The position numbers and the translations under genes were made by a program. Positions 38,910 through 53,211 of a stretch of DNA of 64,000 bases are shown in pieces. Position 1 is the first letter of the stretch. Every line of letters begins with the position of its first letter. The stretch covers positions 14,590,604 to 14,654,603 of the forward strand of contig NC_069002.1 of NCBI RefSeq assembly GCF_001194135.2. Direction: 5' to 3'. Below the pieces are notes generated by a model. That model did not search any database. It saw nothing but the letters and a program-made list of their open reading frames with translations, and was not told the origin of the DNA. The stretch is from Octopus bimaculoides (Eukaryota).

Positions 38910-39154
38910 TATATTGGTTTCAAATTTTGGCAGGTTCGGGGAAATGGGTAAGTCAATCACATCGACCCCAAGCACGACTAGGTAATTATTTTATCGACCC
39001 CCCCAAAGAGTAAAACGTAAAGTCGGCCTCCACGGAATTTGAACTTAGAATGTAAAGTCTGACGAGAGCATTTTGTCCAGCAAAATGTTTTCGACGAAAG
39101 ACGGACGCTAAGCATTTTGCTCAGCGCAGTAACGATTCTGCCAGCTCTCCGCCT
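38910..39154 (-). mobile_element. Family B SINE with a rearranged head
   Basis: ATCGACCCCA..TTTTATCGACCCC..GGAATTTGAACT..AACGATTCTGCCAGCTC.CCGCC; extra inverted segment at 39061-39095. Confidence 0.8.
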
Positions 39155-40384
39155 TAATTTAACGGATTAATTAGTGATTTAGTCACATTCATCGATTGAG
39201 GTGGTGGTGGTGGCGGTGGCGATGGTGGTGATGGTGGTGGTGGTGGTGGGGAGAGTTGCGTAAAGATATTCCTTTGCTTAGTGGGATGGACCATACAAGT
39301 CCTCGAATGAGATTACGCATTTGTTCCCGTTTTACTAAAACGATGAACTCTCGATTTGAACGAGGCTGGCTGATATTTCTAGCAGGCTGAGTGTCCGTTC
39401 TTCCTCACTCGACCGAATACTTTATAATTTGGGATGTGATGGTTAAATTTCATCCAAATGATTTGTATATTTCTTGCACTCGATGTGATATAACTGATGT
39501 AAAATGTCCTTTAAATTGAGATTGAAGACAAACAGCGTTGCCATGAAAAACAAAAGCATTCTGTCAGACAGCGATGGATGTCATCCTAAGTATCACATCT
39601 AATGTGTGTTGTCAGACATAAGATGGTATTCTTTCATATAATAAATCTGTTTTGTATGCGTGAGTATATATAAGCTTGTGCATACATGCATGATGTATGT
39701 ACACATGTCTGCATGCGTAGTATTTGTGTTGTGTTAATCACCACCACCACCACCACCACCACCACCACCACCACCATCACCATCATCATCATCATCATCG
39801 TCATCATCATCATTATCAGTATAGATGTCGTCGATTTTGTTGTTACTGTCATTGTTCTGTGATTGAAACTATGAACACGGAACACTAAAGAATTAAATGT
39901 AGAAAACCATGAATATAAATGAATATACGATATTATGAAATAATAATAATNNNNNNNNNNNNNNNNNNNNNNNNNNNNNNNNNNNNNNNNNNNNNNNNNN
40001 NNNNNNNNNNNNNNNNNNNNNNNNNNNNNNNNNNNNNNNNNNNNNNNNNNNNNNNNNNNNNNNNNNNNNNNNNNNNNNNNNNNNNNNNNNNNNNNNNNNN
40101 NNNNNNNNNNNNNNNNNNNNNNNNNNNNNNNNNNNNNNNNNNNNNNNNNNNNNNNNNNNNNNNNNNNNNNNNNNNNNNNNNNNNNNNNNNNNNNNNNNNN
40201 NNNNNNNNNNNNNNNNNNNNNNNNNNNNNNNNNNNNNNNNNNNNNNNNNNNNNNTTGCTACGTGCTTCTATATATCACCTGGCGCCGTATTGAAAGTGAA
40301 GTGTCTAGTTCCATTTAACGAAATGAACCAAACAAGAACGGAATGGGTTCGGTGTGTTCGTGTGAGAAATATAATGAGTGTGTT

Positions 40385-40460
<76 letters not shown>

Positions 40461-41238
40461 GTAGAGTATGCGTGTGTCAGACAGAGAGTGTGTGTGTATA
40501 TGAGGTAGAAAAAAAACAAAGGAAGAGAGGAATATATGGAGTCAGATATTCAGAACATATGCAATAAAGGAGAATTAAAGAGAAAGAGAGAGAGAAAGAT
40601 GAGGAAAGAGAGTGTTTTAAAGAGAGAGAGTGTGTGTGTGTTTGAGAAAGAGAGAGAAAGAGGGACAGCGCTATTAATCAAATGTCCTGTCAATTTGAAA
40701 ATCAAATTCAACAAGAAACCGTTCAAAAACAAACTACAAAACAAAATGCGAGCGAGGGAGGGTGGGAGGTGGTGGGTAGTTGGGAGGGTGTGTAGAATGG
40801 AAATGATGAACCTGAGTATTATTTTTTCAAATACATTTCGTTGTGGAATTTGCATTTGTAATCTTTTTTGAATTGATACTTGCAGGAAGCATCATCGACA
40901 AACACCTTTATTTATTCAATTGTCTGCCAACGCAATTATGGTAAATGATAATACCATACATACACATGCATCTATATAAATACACACACACACACACAAT
41001 CACGCACGTACGCACACAGTCACACACGTACGCACACAGTCACACACTTGTACTCACATACACACGTGTATATATACATATATATATATAAATATAGATG
41101 TATTCATACACGCAAAAATATACATTTTAGTACGTAAACACTATCGTAAGGAAAACCTATCAAGCATTGACATTGGGTTGTGAACACACACGCGCACACG
41201 CATGCACAAGCACACACACACACACACACTCATGCACA

Positions 41239-41274
<36 letters not shown>

Positions 41275-41704
41275 TAAAGGACTTTTTCTTAGATTCTGTC
41301 AACCATCTTGCTACTGTAAGTCAGTGGTGAACGTGAAGTAATAGTTGAATATATTTTGCCCACATTTTGGGAAACAATATTCCTACCCATATAGCTATTC
41401 ACACGTAAATGAAAAATTACCCAGTTATGAATGACAATACAATTAAACATAACAAAAGAAAAATATAGAAAGGAATTAAAAGTAATAATGTTTACCTGCA
41501 GATAAAGGGAGATAATAAGTAAATGGTTTAGTGAATATTTTTACAAATTCTACAATCCTGACAAATCGTGTTAGTGTGCGATTGTCTGTGTTTAATCTAT
41601 CTCCTGTAAATAGTATCCAAAATTTCTCGAAATCACACTCTTCCATCGGAAGAATAGAAAGTTATATTGGATGTCGAAGTTATGTTAGAATGCTAAATAT
41701 TACG

Positions 41705-42825
41705 CAGGCTCAAATTTTTTTTTTCTGTTGTCAAAAAATTTGGACATGAACTAGGCTATTTAGACACAAAAAATTCGAAAGCGACATTCATTAATTACAA
41801 TTACGTCAAGACTTTAAAATAATGGATCCAAAGAATTTCAATTCTTTTAAAGTAAATCAGCGTATGATGAGCAAATCATTACCTACAAACATACATAGAG
41901 ATTGGTTTTTCTTCAAAACCCCGATGTTTTCTTAAAATCTTACTGAAAAATTCATATAATCTCGAAATTTCTTTGGGCAAATTACATCATTGTTTATAGC
42001 TAATTTCCCATGAATTTGCGTTTGGATAATGTTCTTCAGTGCTCAGTCCCAGAAGGATCATGAACCAAGTTCCAGCAAAAACCACCATCATATGCAAGTC
42101 TCATCTGTCCTGATATATATTTTCGCTGATTTTATGTCCTGGTGGAAGCGTTTACCCTTTTCGTCACTTTCTCACCAAGATTTTCAAGGAATTTACCCAG
42201 GTAACTGTAGAGTTTTGTACTCAGATTTACTCCCAACTTTTGAAAATTCTACATGTCTACTATTTCGGTGTAGTTAGCTGGTCTTTTGTTACCCAGATAA
42301 TCATTTGCAACTATTACAAATGATTTCAATGCTACTGCTTCAATGAAGTTTATTGGATTTTCAAAGTTCCCATCTTTTATCTATTTCCTGATTTGAGATC
42401 CATCAAATACACCAGCTTTTATATTTTCACCGCTCAGACCGGTAAATATGCTATAATGAAAGCATTCTCCATCTTTATCTAGAGCTTTAACAACCTTCTT
42501 CATAATGGCGAATTTGATGTGGAGTGGTGGGATGAGAGACCCTGGAACTAATATTCGCTACAGCTATTCTTTGATTACTCAACGTTTTACTCTAGAGATC
42601 AACTGTCCGGCATACATAAAAGGCATGTATATTTGGTTTATCCACTTTGCTACTCTAGGAGAAAATTGACCACCTACATATATCACCCACTGGTGAGTGG
42701 GGTTTAGGTATCTTGAAATTTAGACGTGATGGTGGAAAATGGATTCCATTTTTGGATTCAGCGTATAAAGAAAAACAACCTTTAAATCAGTTAAAACCTC
42801 TTGACACAAAATATTATTTGGATTG
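41705..42825 (-). mobile_element. Internally deleted Chapaev3-like (CMC superfamily) DNA transposon
   Basis: Minus-strand frames: HQWVI..VVNFLLE*QSG*TKYTCLLC, IPPLHIKFAIMKKVVKALDKDG..KAGVFDGSQIR..LGN..NY..LGVNLS.K, SDEKGKRFHQDIK..MM..CWNL. Both ends carry similar inverted blocks (TTGACA.CA.AAA..ATTTG; GACGT). Subfamily name is from memory. Confidence 0.75.
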
Positions 42826-42974
42826 TATTATAGATCTGTCTGACGAGATGTGAACTAGGGGTTAAGCAATATCTCACTCGAAACAATATGAAAGGGTCTA
42901 CGTAGTTGGCATTCGAGATGCAAAATATGACACACCAAACTTCCTCGAATCACACCCTACTGTGATACTGATTT

Positions 42975-43171
42975 TCAAACCTTGGCGCAAGATCAGCAAG
43001 TTTGAAGTAAGGGGTAAGTCGATTACATCAACCCTACTGCTCAACTAGTACTAATTTTATCGACCCTGAAAGGATGAAAGCAAAGTCCACCTTGGTGGAG
43101 TTTGAACTCAGAGCGTAAAGACGGACGAAATGCCGCTAAGCAGTTTGCCCGGCGTGCTCACAATTCTGCCA
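42975..43171 (-). mobile_element. Family B SINE, near full length
   Basis: GGGGTAAGTCGATTACATC..TTTTATCGACCCTGAAAGGATGAAAG..TTTGAACTCAGAGCGTAAAGACGGACGAAATGCCGCTAAGC..ATTCTGCCAG. Confidence 0.85.
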
Positions 43172-43262
43172 GATATCTTTCCTGACGTGGCTTTGTAGAA
43201 AGACGGAACAGTCACGTCTGGTGGGTATTTGGCCGTAGGTACGTTTATTTGTAATACACCTG

Positions 43263-43278
43263 AGCAACAACAACAGCA

Positions 43279-43312
<34 letters not shown>

Positions 43313-43322
43313 NNNNNNNNNN

Positions 43323-43365
<43 letters not shown>

Positions 43366-43403
43366 CACTATTCCTACTGGAGCTGCAACTGCTGCTGCTG
43401 CTG

Positions 43404-43449
<46 letters not shown>

Positions 43450-43635
43450 CACCACTATTCCTACTCCTACTGCTGCTACTACTATCACCGCCACTATCCC
43501 TACCTACTGTTGCTGCAACTGCTGCTGCTGCTGCTACTACAACTACTACTATTTCCACCTCTATTCCTACTTCTGCTGCAATTGCTGCTGCAACTGCTGC
43601 TGCAACTGCTGCTGTTACTACTACTACCACTACTA

Positions 43636-43695
<60 letters not shown>

Positions 43696-43705
43696 TTACT
43701 ACTAA
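43263..43705. repeat. Compound (CTA)n/(CTG)n/(CCA)n array with a duplicated ACCACCACCACCACTATTCCTACT block
   Basis: Directly visible. Confidence 0.95.
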
Positions 43706-45624
43706 AACGACGAGGTCGACGACGACAGCAGTATCCTATGAAGCGAATGAGCGTGACGTTTATATGACCACTGGAACATTTAGAAAACATGCTGACCCCC
43801 GTCGAATGTCTTTGACCTCAGGGCCATTCTTCCAGGACACATCTGCGCCTAAACAACTGTAGCAACTAATTGCCAACCGGTCAACTGATCTGTTGTATTT
43901 AAAACTTATTCTTTTATTCTTTTCTCTTTTTTTTAAATTTATTTTTTCCCCCTAAAACGTGAATCTAATTTAAATAAACTCAACTAATTAATAAACATCA
44001 ATAATTTATAAAAGAACAATCACTTATCAAACAAACAAATCAGCTTGGTCATTTGGATTAGAATAATAATTCGATGACATCTGCATTTTTGTCTGTCGAT
44101 GGTGTGTGCGAGGGTGGGGGGGCGTAGGTGTTTGTGTGTGTATGTAGGTGTGTATGTGTATGTAGGTGTGTGTGTTTGTCTGTGGCTTTGTGTGTTTGTT
44201 GAAATATCTCTGTGTGTGCACATGTGTGTGTTTGTTTGTCTATGTGTATGTATGAGTGTGCAAGTGTTTATATTACTTGTCCGTGTATGTGTAGTTTTCT
44301 ACCTGTTTGTGTGGGTGTTTGTGTATTGTTTACTTGTTTGTCAGTTTGCCCCAGTCTGTGCGTGTGTGAGTGTTTGTATCTTTGTATTGTGTGTTTATAT
44401 GTAAATACCTGTATGCGTATACCTTATTCGATGTGTAAGTATGTGTATACTTGTTGGTCCGTATGTGTATCTCCTTGTTTGTGTGTGAGCGTGCTTCCAT
44501 GCTTGTTTACGTGTTTCTATATATGTATGGTTCAAAGACTGTAGTGTGTTTTGCACGTGTGTGTGTGTCTGTGTGTGCGTGTGTATGTGTGTGAGTGTAT
44601 GTGTGTGTGTGTGTGCGTGTGTGCATGTTTATGGCTATTTGTGCTAGAATGTTTATATTTGAAATTTTATGTGAATATTCACATATGTGTATGCGCTACT
44701 CTCGTTCTTGTTGCTGCTGTGTTTCTCTAAGCCATGGTCAATTCTAGCCAAACATGACCGTATTCAAGAAGTTACCCAAGAATGACCATCACCTCGATTT
44801 ACTCCTACTAGGTATACTGAATCATACACACAAACAGACATGTAATAATATATATTTAATTATAAATATAACTATATATGTTTGTTTACACAGTAACCTT
44901 TCTACGCAGTTATATAAACTATTTGTATATAAACTATTTGTAAACAAAGCTTAGCTATTTATATATACATATGTATATATGTATGCGTTCCTGTATATAT
45001 ATGTGTATCTGTAAGAACGATAATATATATATGTTTATACATGCATATATATGTATACTTACACACACGTATACATGTATACATGATAAAAAATATACAC
45101 ACCCCCACAAATATATATATTTATACATGTATATGTATATATACATACCTGTATTCGTACACACGCATATATATATATATATATATAGATAGATATATAT
45201 GTATGTATATATACATACATACATACGTACATATATGCATAAAGATACATATATTTGTATATATGAATATCTACACGCATGCACATACATAATATATGTG
45301 TATGTGTAAGTGTGTTTATGTGTTTGTCTTTGTATGTATGTATGTATGTTTGTGTGTGAGTACATGTGTGTGTTTCCATATTTATCTTATTTCTCTTCAA
45401 TAACCCCAAATTTCGCACTGAACACCCGAACGGTTTTTCAAAATAGCGATTCAGTTAGGTGATTGTCACTAAACCAGTTTAGCACATATAATCCTCACTA
45501 ATCCGTCTTTTATTTCTTTTATACTTCTACAAATGTTTGTTAAATATAGTGGCGATCTTTCTCTGTCTATGTCCAACATACATACAAACATACAAACTCA
45601 CACACATACACACAACACGCATAT

Positions 45625-45721
<97 letters not shown>

Positions 45722-45774
45722 TAGATAGATAGATAGATTGATAGATAGATAGAGAGATATATAGATAGATAGAC

Positions 45775-45835
<61 letters not shown>

Positions 45836-46000
45836 TGTACATATATATATATGTATACGAATATACATATATGTCATATATATGCATATATATGCATATA
45901 TATATTATATATATATACATATATTACGTATATTTATATACATATAAAGTATGTATACATATTTATGTACTCATGTATGTGTATATATATATAAATACAC

Positions 46001-46097
<97 letters not shown>

Positions 46098-46128
46098 TAT
46101 GATATATATATAATATATATCTATGTAC

Positions 46129-46159
<31 letters not shown>

Positions 46160-46413
46160 AATACACACACACATACACACAGACACACGCACAGACACAC
46201 ACACATATGTTTTACATCCCTGGGTATTTGAGGTAAACAGTCGTGAGCGTTGAGTGTATTGGATGCAAGCTTAACCTGTTCGATAAGATTTGACCGCTTA
46301 TGATTAAGCTTATGGCTCTGTCATGCGCTTCCGAAAGAAATACACACATATATACAAACATAGCTACATATACGTACATACGGATATGCATAGATATAAT
46401 CACACTCACACAG

Positions 46414-46471
<58 letters not shown>

Positions 46472-46788
46472 GGCGTACTTTTTCTTGAAAAACAAGATCT
46501 CTCAAGAATCTGAATTCATATTTCTAAGAGATCATGTTGAGTGGAATTTAACTTCTCCATCCAATCTTCTTTCGTCCAGTTGTCATAGAACTCCAGCCTA
46601 CGAAATAAAAGTTTACAGAAACCATTCACAAGTAATAAAACTATATCAAAATTATGATTACGATATTTATTAGTTTGGTAAAATATTGGTGATAACTAGC
46701 AGAAAGTTTACAAGACTTTTGCTAGCATTTTTAAGAGAATGGCATTTGTTTTCTTTGGTTTACGTTGAATCGATGATCGTTTGATCTA

Positions 46789-47280
46789 TTTCCTGTTTCT
46801 ATATTAGACTGCAGCCATGTAAGGGCGCAGCCTTGAAGAATATTTAGTCGAACGAGTCAATCTTATTATCTATTTTTTATTTCTAAAGTCTGTTACTTAT
46901 TGTACCGGTCAATTTTGCCGATCTGCAAAGTTAAGGAGACGTAAACAAACAAACAGTCGTTGCCAAGCTGTGGTGGGGCACAAGCCTTGACACAAAGACA
47001 CCACACGCACACACACATACGCGCACACACATACACACACACACACACATACACACAAACATATATATATACAATATATATATATACACANNNNNNNNNN
47101 NNNNNNNNNNNNNNNNNNNNNNNNNNNNNNNNNNNNNNNNNNNNNNNNNNNNCTTATATAAATATAAACGATGAGCTTCTTTCAGTTTCCGAGTACCAAA
47201 TCCACTCGCAAGAATTTGGCCGACCTGAGTTAAAAGTAAAAGACACTTGCTTTAGATGTCACGCAGTAGAACTGAACATC
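46789..47280 (-). mobile_element. Degenerate family A-like SINE (gap in the linker)
   Basis: GACTGCAGCCATG..TTAGTCGAAC..TTTTGCCGA..GACGTAAAC, then GCTTCTTTCAGTTTCCG..ACCAAATCCACTC..AAGACACTTGC. Confidence 0.7.
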
Positions 47281-47756
47281 TACGCCTGCAGTAGTGTTTA
47301 TGCGAGTCATGTCATTTTGTAGTTTCGTGGAAATACTAGACGCAGACGCCATCTGTTCGATGTCATATTAGTTATTCAGCTGACGTTACTTCTGAAGAAC
47401 AATACAGTAGCTGCTAAAATGAATAGATAGACATATACGGCTATTTCTTTCTGTCAAATAATTGTGCAATATGTCAAACAACAAGGCAACTGGACAACTA
47501 AGTTTCAATGTGGTACACCGCCAACTTCCTGAAATGACTGTGAGCGGCAAAAATACGTGACAGGGAAGAAAATGGGAATGAAAAATAATGGATTACGTTA
47601 GAAAGAGCAAATTTCCCACAATTCCATAAATGGAGGAGGTCGTAAAAATTACGGATCCATAATGAACGGAGTTTGAAGTTCAAATTTTCAACAAACATTG
47701 TAACAGTGGAGGAAAAGAAATGGTAGAACCGGAATATATGCCAGTAGAGGAATTTG

Positions 47757-47945
47757 GTGTGGTGGTGCGTGGCTTAGTGGTAATAATGTTGAACTCTTTA
47801 CAGTAAGATTGTGGTTTCGATTCCCGGATCGGGTGTAACGTTGTTTTCTTGAGCAAAACGCTTCATTTCGCCTTGCTCCAGTCAACTCAGCTAGCCCAAA
47901 TGAATAATCGTGCCACAGACCGGCATTCCATCCCGGGGTAGGGAT
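47757..47945 (+). mobile_element. Family C tRNA-derived SINE
   Basis: GTGGCTTAGTGG (A-box-like), GGTTTCGATTCCC (B-box-like), TTGAGCAAAAC..TTGCTCCAGTC.ACTCAGCT..CATTCCATCCCGGGG. Confidence 0.75.
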
Positions 47946-48882
47946 ATCTCTCTCTCTCTCTCTCTNNNNNNNNNNNNNNNNNNNNNNNNNNNNNNNNNNN
48001 NNNNNNNNNNNNNNNNNNNNNNNNNNNNNNNNNNNNNNNNNNNNNNNNNNNNNNNNNNNNNNNNNNNNNNNNNNNNNNNNNNNNNNNNNNNNNNNNNNNN
48101 NNNNNNNNNNNNNNNNNNNNNNNNNNNNNNNNNNNNNNNNNNNNNNNNNNNNNNNNNNNNNNNNNNNNNNNNNNNNNNNNNNNNNNNNNNNNNNNNNNNN
48201 NNNNNNNNNNNNNNNNNNNNNNNNNNNNNNNNNNNNNNNNNNNNNNNNNNNNNNNNNNNNNNNNNNNNNNNNNNNNNNNNNNNNNNNNNNNNNNNNNNNN
48301 NNNNNNNNNNNNNNNNNNNNNNNNNNNNNNNNNNNNNNNNNNNNNNNNNNNNNNNNNNNNNNNNNNNNNNNNNNNNNNNNNNNNNNNNNNNNNNNNNNNN
48401 NNNNNNNNNNNNNNNNNNNNNNNNNNNNNNNNNNNNNNNNNNNNNNNNNNNNNNNNNNNNNNNNNNNNNNNNNNNNNNNNNNNNNNNNNNNNNNNNNNNN
48501 NNNNNNNNNNNNNNNNNNNNNNNNNNNNNNNNNNNNNNNNNNNNNNNNNNNNNNNNNNNNNNNNNNNNNNNNNNNNNNNNNNNNNNNNNNNNNNNNNNNN
48601 NNNNNNNNNNNNNNNNNNNNNNNNNNNNNNNNNNNNNNNNNNNNNNNNNNNNNNNNNNNNNNNNNNNNNNNNNNNNNNNNNNNNNNNNNNNNNNNNNNNN
48701 NNNNNNNNNNNNNNNNNNNNNNNNNNNNNNNNNNNNNNNNNNNNNNNNNNNNNNNNNNNNNNNNNNNNNNNNNNNNNNNNNNNNNNNNNNNNNNNNNNNN
48801 NNNNNNNNNNNNNNNNNNNNNNNNNNNNNNNNNNNNNNNNNNNNNNNNNNNNNNNNNNNNNNNNNNNNNNNNNNNNNNNNNN

Positions 48883-49098
48883 GTGTATGAGTGTTTGTGT
48901 GTCTGTGTTTGTGCCCCCAACATCACTTGACAACCGATGCTGGTGTATTTAAGTCCCCGTAACTTAGCGGTTCGGCAAAAGAGACCGATAGAATAAGTAC
49001 TAGGCTTACAAAAAATACGTCCTGGGGTCGATTTGCTCGACTAAAGGCGGTGCCCCAGCATGGCCGCAGTCAAATGACTGAAAGAAGTAAAAGAGTAT
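48883..49098 (+). mobile_element. Family A SINE 3' module (5' part possibly within the gap)
   Basis: Near-identical to 58610-58819. Confidence 0.9.
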
Positions 49099-49346
49099 AT
49101 GATGGGAGGTACAAAAGAGAATTTATAGTCAGGATACAAGAGCTGTAAGTTCCGCATTAATTCACCATAAATATTTTCTTGTTTTTCCTGGATTCAGGTT
49201 GTATACGTGTATGTATGTTTTATAAAAACGAAAGTTCAAAAATAAAATTTGTTGGACATGTTCAATGTTGATATTTTTACTAGATCTTTCTTAGTGGTCT
49301 TTCAAAGTTTCTGCGAACTAAACACACACACACATACACACACGCA

Positions 49347-49384
<38 letters not shown>

Positions 49385-49460
49385 CGCACGCACACGCGCG
49401 CGCGCGTGTGCGTGCGTGTGNNNNNNNNNNCACGCACGCACACGCGCGCGCGCGCGCGCG

Positions 49461-49492
<32 letters not shown>

Positions 49493-49684
49493 CACACACA
49501 AGTACTTGTAGGTGTTTCTATATTTAGTTTATTTCGGCCGGATGTGTATTTGTTTTTGTTTTTGTGTTTCGGAATAGTGATTTAGTGATATGAATAGTCT
49601 ATAAACCGGTTTAGCACGAGCATAATCCTGCCTAATCCGTCTATGTTTTTTGAATCAATATCTTGTACTGCTCTGTCTCTTTCT

Positions 49685-49727
<43 letters not shown>

Positions 49728-49737
49728 NNNNNNNNNN

Positions 49738-49785
<48 letters not shown>

Positions 49786-50990
49786 CACACATACCCTGTC
49801 TAAGCCCCTTCTGAAAGCCTTATCTTTCTCACCACCCTGAAACCTTCTGTTGGCTAAAATATTTGTTTCTTCAAAACTCACCATTGATGAGAAATTATTG
49901 GAATCTATAGTTTTTTTTTTCGTTTTCTATAACAGTTATTTCTTTTGTGCCGATTTATACAGAAACGATGTTTTTTTTTATTTTGCTTTAGTGCATTATG
50001 AGCAATCATAAAATATGATAGGTTTAGAATTTTAGAATTGGTCGCATTTTGCTATTTGGAGCAATAGCTTTAAAAATTTGGGAGACCGACGTCACTTTAT
50101 TTTTCTGCATATTTCTTTACGATTTGATAAAAACACATTTCCTTTAACCAAAACCCGATAGAAAACTGTTTTTATATACATAAGAATTCTAATCACTCCT
50201 CAACAAGATTCAACGAACGTTAATATTATAACATCATTATCTTTGGATAGTAGTAGACATTATTACACTGTAACGTTAGTTTTATAAATAAATTATTTCA
50301 CGCATCCTTTCTTAATGTTCTGATGTCTAAGAGTAAGCCAATAAATATCCTATGGTAAAACCCAATCTTTATTTTAAACGTTGGAACACTTATCACTTGC
50401 GAATTTTGTGACTTTAATCTCTTTTCATTGTGCAATGACTCATAGATAAGGTATATATAAGTGTGTGTGTGTGTACTTGTATGTATTTACTGAAATTAGA
50501 TTAAAGTAAATATGCTTGTAACAAGAATTTTACTGCTTCACTTATCAATTTTATTTTCAAAAGCCTTTACAGCAAAAGTCACTTCTCTCATGTTATCTCC
50601 TCAACCTGGTTCTTACTTAAAAGTAATTAATTTTTAAAATCACTGTTAATAACCAATCAAATTAGAACAATGTACCTAAGTTTATCAGTTCATTGCCAAG
50701 GATGCAATTAAAAACCGATTTTATTAATATTTTCGTACATTCAAGGAAAAAGGAAAATATTTTTCGTAGTCTTTCAAGCATATTTGATTCGTAAAGGAAA
50801 TATGGTTGATGGCGTGTATAAGAATCGACAAATGTTTTCACACCTCACGAAACATGCATAGTACCTTTCATGCATGTTTACAAAGGAAGATTCGTGTCAA
50901 CGAAAATTTCTTCATATAGCTTCAAGTCATTCATGATTCATGAACATTCTTGAAAATCAGATTACATGTGTGTGTGTGAGGGCGCGTCCG

Positions 50991-51039
<49 letters not shown>

Positions 51040-51041
<2 letters not shown>

Positions 51042-51213
51042 TTCACTGCTTCACAACTGGTGGGTTTTGTTTTTTACGTTCCTGTAACTTAGCGGCTCCC
51101 CGAAAGAGACCAATAGCAAAATATATACCGGGCTCAATTCATTCGACGAAAGTTCTTCAAGATGGTGTCCCAAGATAGCCACGGTCTAACAACTGAAACA
51201 GACAAAAGATAAA
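51040..51213 (+). mobile_element. Degenerate family A-related 3' module
   Basis: TTTACGTTCCTGTAACTTAGCGG..AAAGAGACCAATAG..CTGAAAC. Confidence 0.6.
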
Positions 51214-51887
51214 TTTTATGCATCGTTAAACCTATTCTTCCAGTCCTCTTTCCCATTATAAGCTAATTAGCAGAAAGATTTGGTAATGATAATAAAAACA
51301 AGAAAGAGGCAAAAAACTAGTGTTTTCAAAAGGCCTAACCTAATGCATCGTCATACAACAGAGAAGCGGTTTGTCAATAGTGTTCAACTTGTTGTAGACA
51401 CAATCATAGTGTATCTCTGTTTGCCAAGTTACTTGATAATTGACAAAATTGAAATCAGTCACATTGTTTCACGACTGTTTGCTGAACCACACCCAGCAAA
51501 TTCTGCAAAAATAATAAATTGTTACAAAGTTTCTCTCCAATCAATCAATCATGCATTAATTAATTAACCGATATTGTCATAAGAAAAACTAATGTTTAGT
51601 TTGGAATTGTCATCCACCGCATAACCTAGTCGGCTTCCATAATGCATAAGTGATGTGAAGATCATCTGCACATGGACACATATACACGTACATGTATATA
51701 TGTATGCATATGTGTGTGTCTACACATATATATAGTATATATGTGTTGTTTGTATATATGTGTATATATATGTGCGTGTGTATGTGTGTGTGTGTATGTG
51801 TGTGTGTGCGTGCGTGTTATTGCGTGCATGTAAATATATTTAAAGACATGAAAATGGGTGCGCATAACTATATTATGTAATAACGTA

Positions 51888-51927
<40 letters not shown>

Positions 51928-52420
51928 TCACATGTATGTATATATGTACACATATATTTCCATCAATAGCTTTATCACTTTCTCTCTCTCTCCATCTTTA
52001 TGTAAATGAATATATGAATACATGTATATTTATGTTTACACATATAAGTACGATATATTTGTATGTATGTATACATAATTGTGAGTGCATACCCATGAAT
52101 CTATACATGTATCTATACAGAGTTGTTATAATTCCTTTCATTGAAATAAACATTTAATAATATAATATCTTCATTGTCCTCTGAGAAATTAACAACGTTT
52201 CCATTTCACTGTCAAAACAACAACAAACATACGTTTCCGTTATCAGTTACTAATTAACTCCAATATTGGAGTGGCCAAACTGTTTGTCCTGGGGCTTTAG
52301 AGCATCAGGTCAGAGAGACCTAAACTAGCTCATATACATACATGTGCGTGTATGTATGTATCTATATGTGCGTGTGTGTGTATGTACGTAAATATTCATA
52401 CATACATACACACACACATA

Positions 52421-52467
<47 letters not shown>

Positions 52468-52484
52468 CTATACATACACACGCG

Positions 52485-52518
<34 letters not shown>

Positions 52519-52607
52519 CACACATATACATTTATATAGACATATACATATGATTACATACATATATTTATATATATACACGCACACAAATAGACAAATA
52601 TATGCAT

Positions 52608-52669
<62 letters not shown>

Positions 52670-53022
52670 GAATATTGCTGATCTGCCTTCTTTTAACGGT
52701 GATGCCACAGCATGGCTGCAGGCCTGAGTTGAAACTAGTTACGTATACACACACACAGACACACGTACACACACACATACGCGCGCGCACACATACACAC
52801 ACACACACATAGCGAGTATTGCATGGAAAGCTCATAAGCTTTCATCCTTTTCGTAAAAAAAAAACAGTAACAACAAATATGACGTCATCATTTATGCAAT
52901 ACTAGTGCGCAGCCACGTGGTTTTTTTTCTAGTTGGATAACAAATGATAGTCAGATGGGGCCAATCGGGAGAACAGGGTGAGTGATCAACCAGTTCAAAG
53001 TTACAGTCATGCACAGCAGCCA

Positions 53023-53211
53023 TTACAAAAGTGGGCAACAATATTTAAGAGGGGAAGGGCGTGTTTTGAAGGTATCCCAAGGTCCGGACGTCCTGCAACT
53101 GCCACCACTGAGAAAAACAGTGATCGTGTTCACCACATGACAGGCGATTGACAATTAATCAAGTAGCCAATGCTATTAGTATATCCTGTGATAAATGTGG
53201 GAATATTCTGC
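53023..53211 (+). pseudogene. Mariner transposase N-terminal (HTH) fragment, cut by a gap
   Basis: QKWATIFKRGRACFEGIPRSGRPATATTEKNSDRVHHM, then a frameshift to RRLTINQVANAISIS..NIL. Typical mariner W..FK.G..RSGRP..DRR.T motifs. Confidence 0.85.

Noticed and set aside
49370-49470. (CG)n/(CA)n alternating tract as a functional Z-DNA element
   Set aside because: Z-forming potential follows from the sequence, but such tracts are ubiquitous here, it spans a gap, and nothing indicates function.
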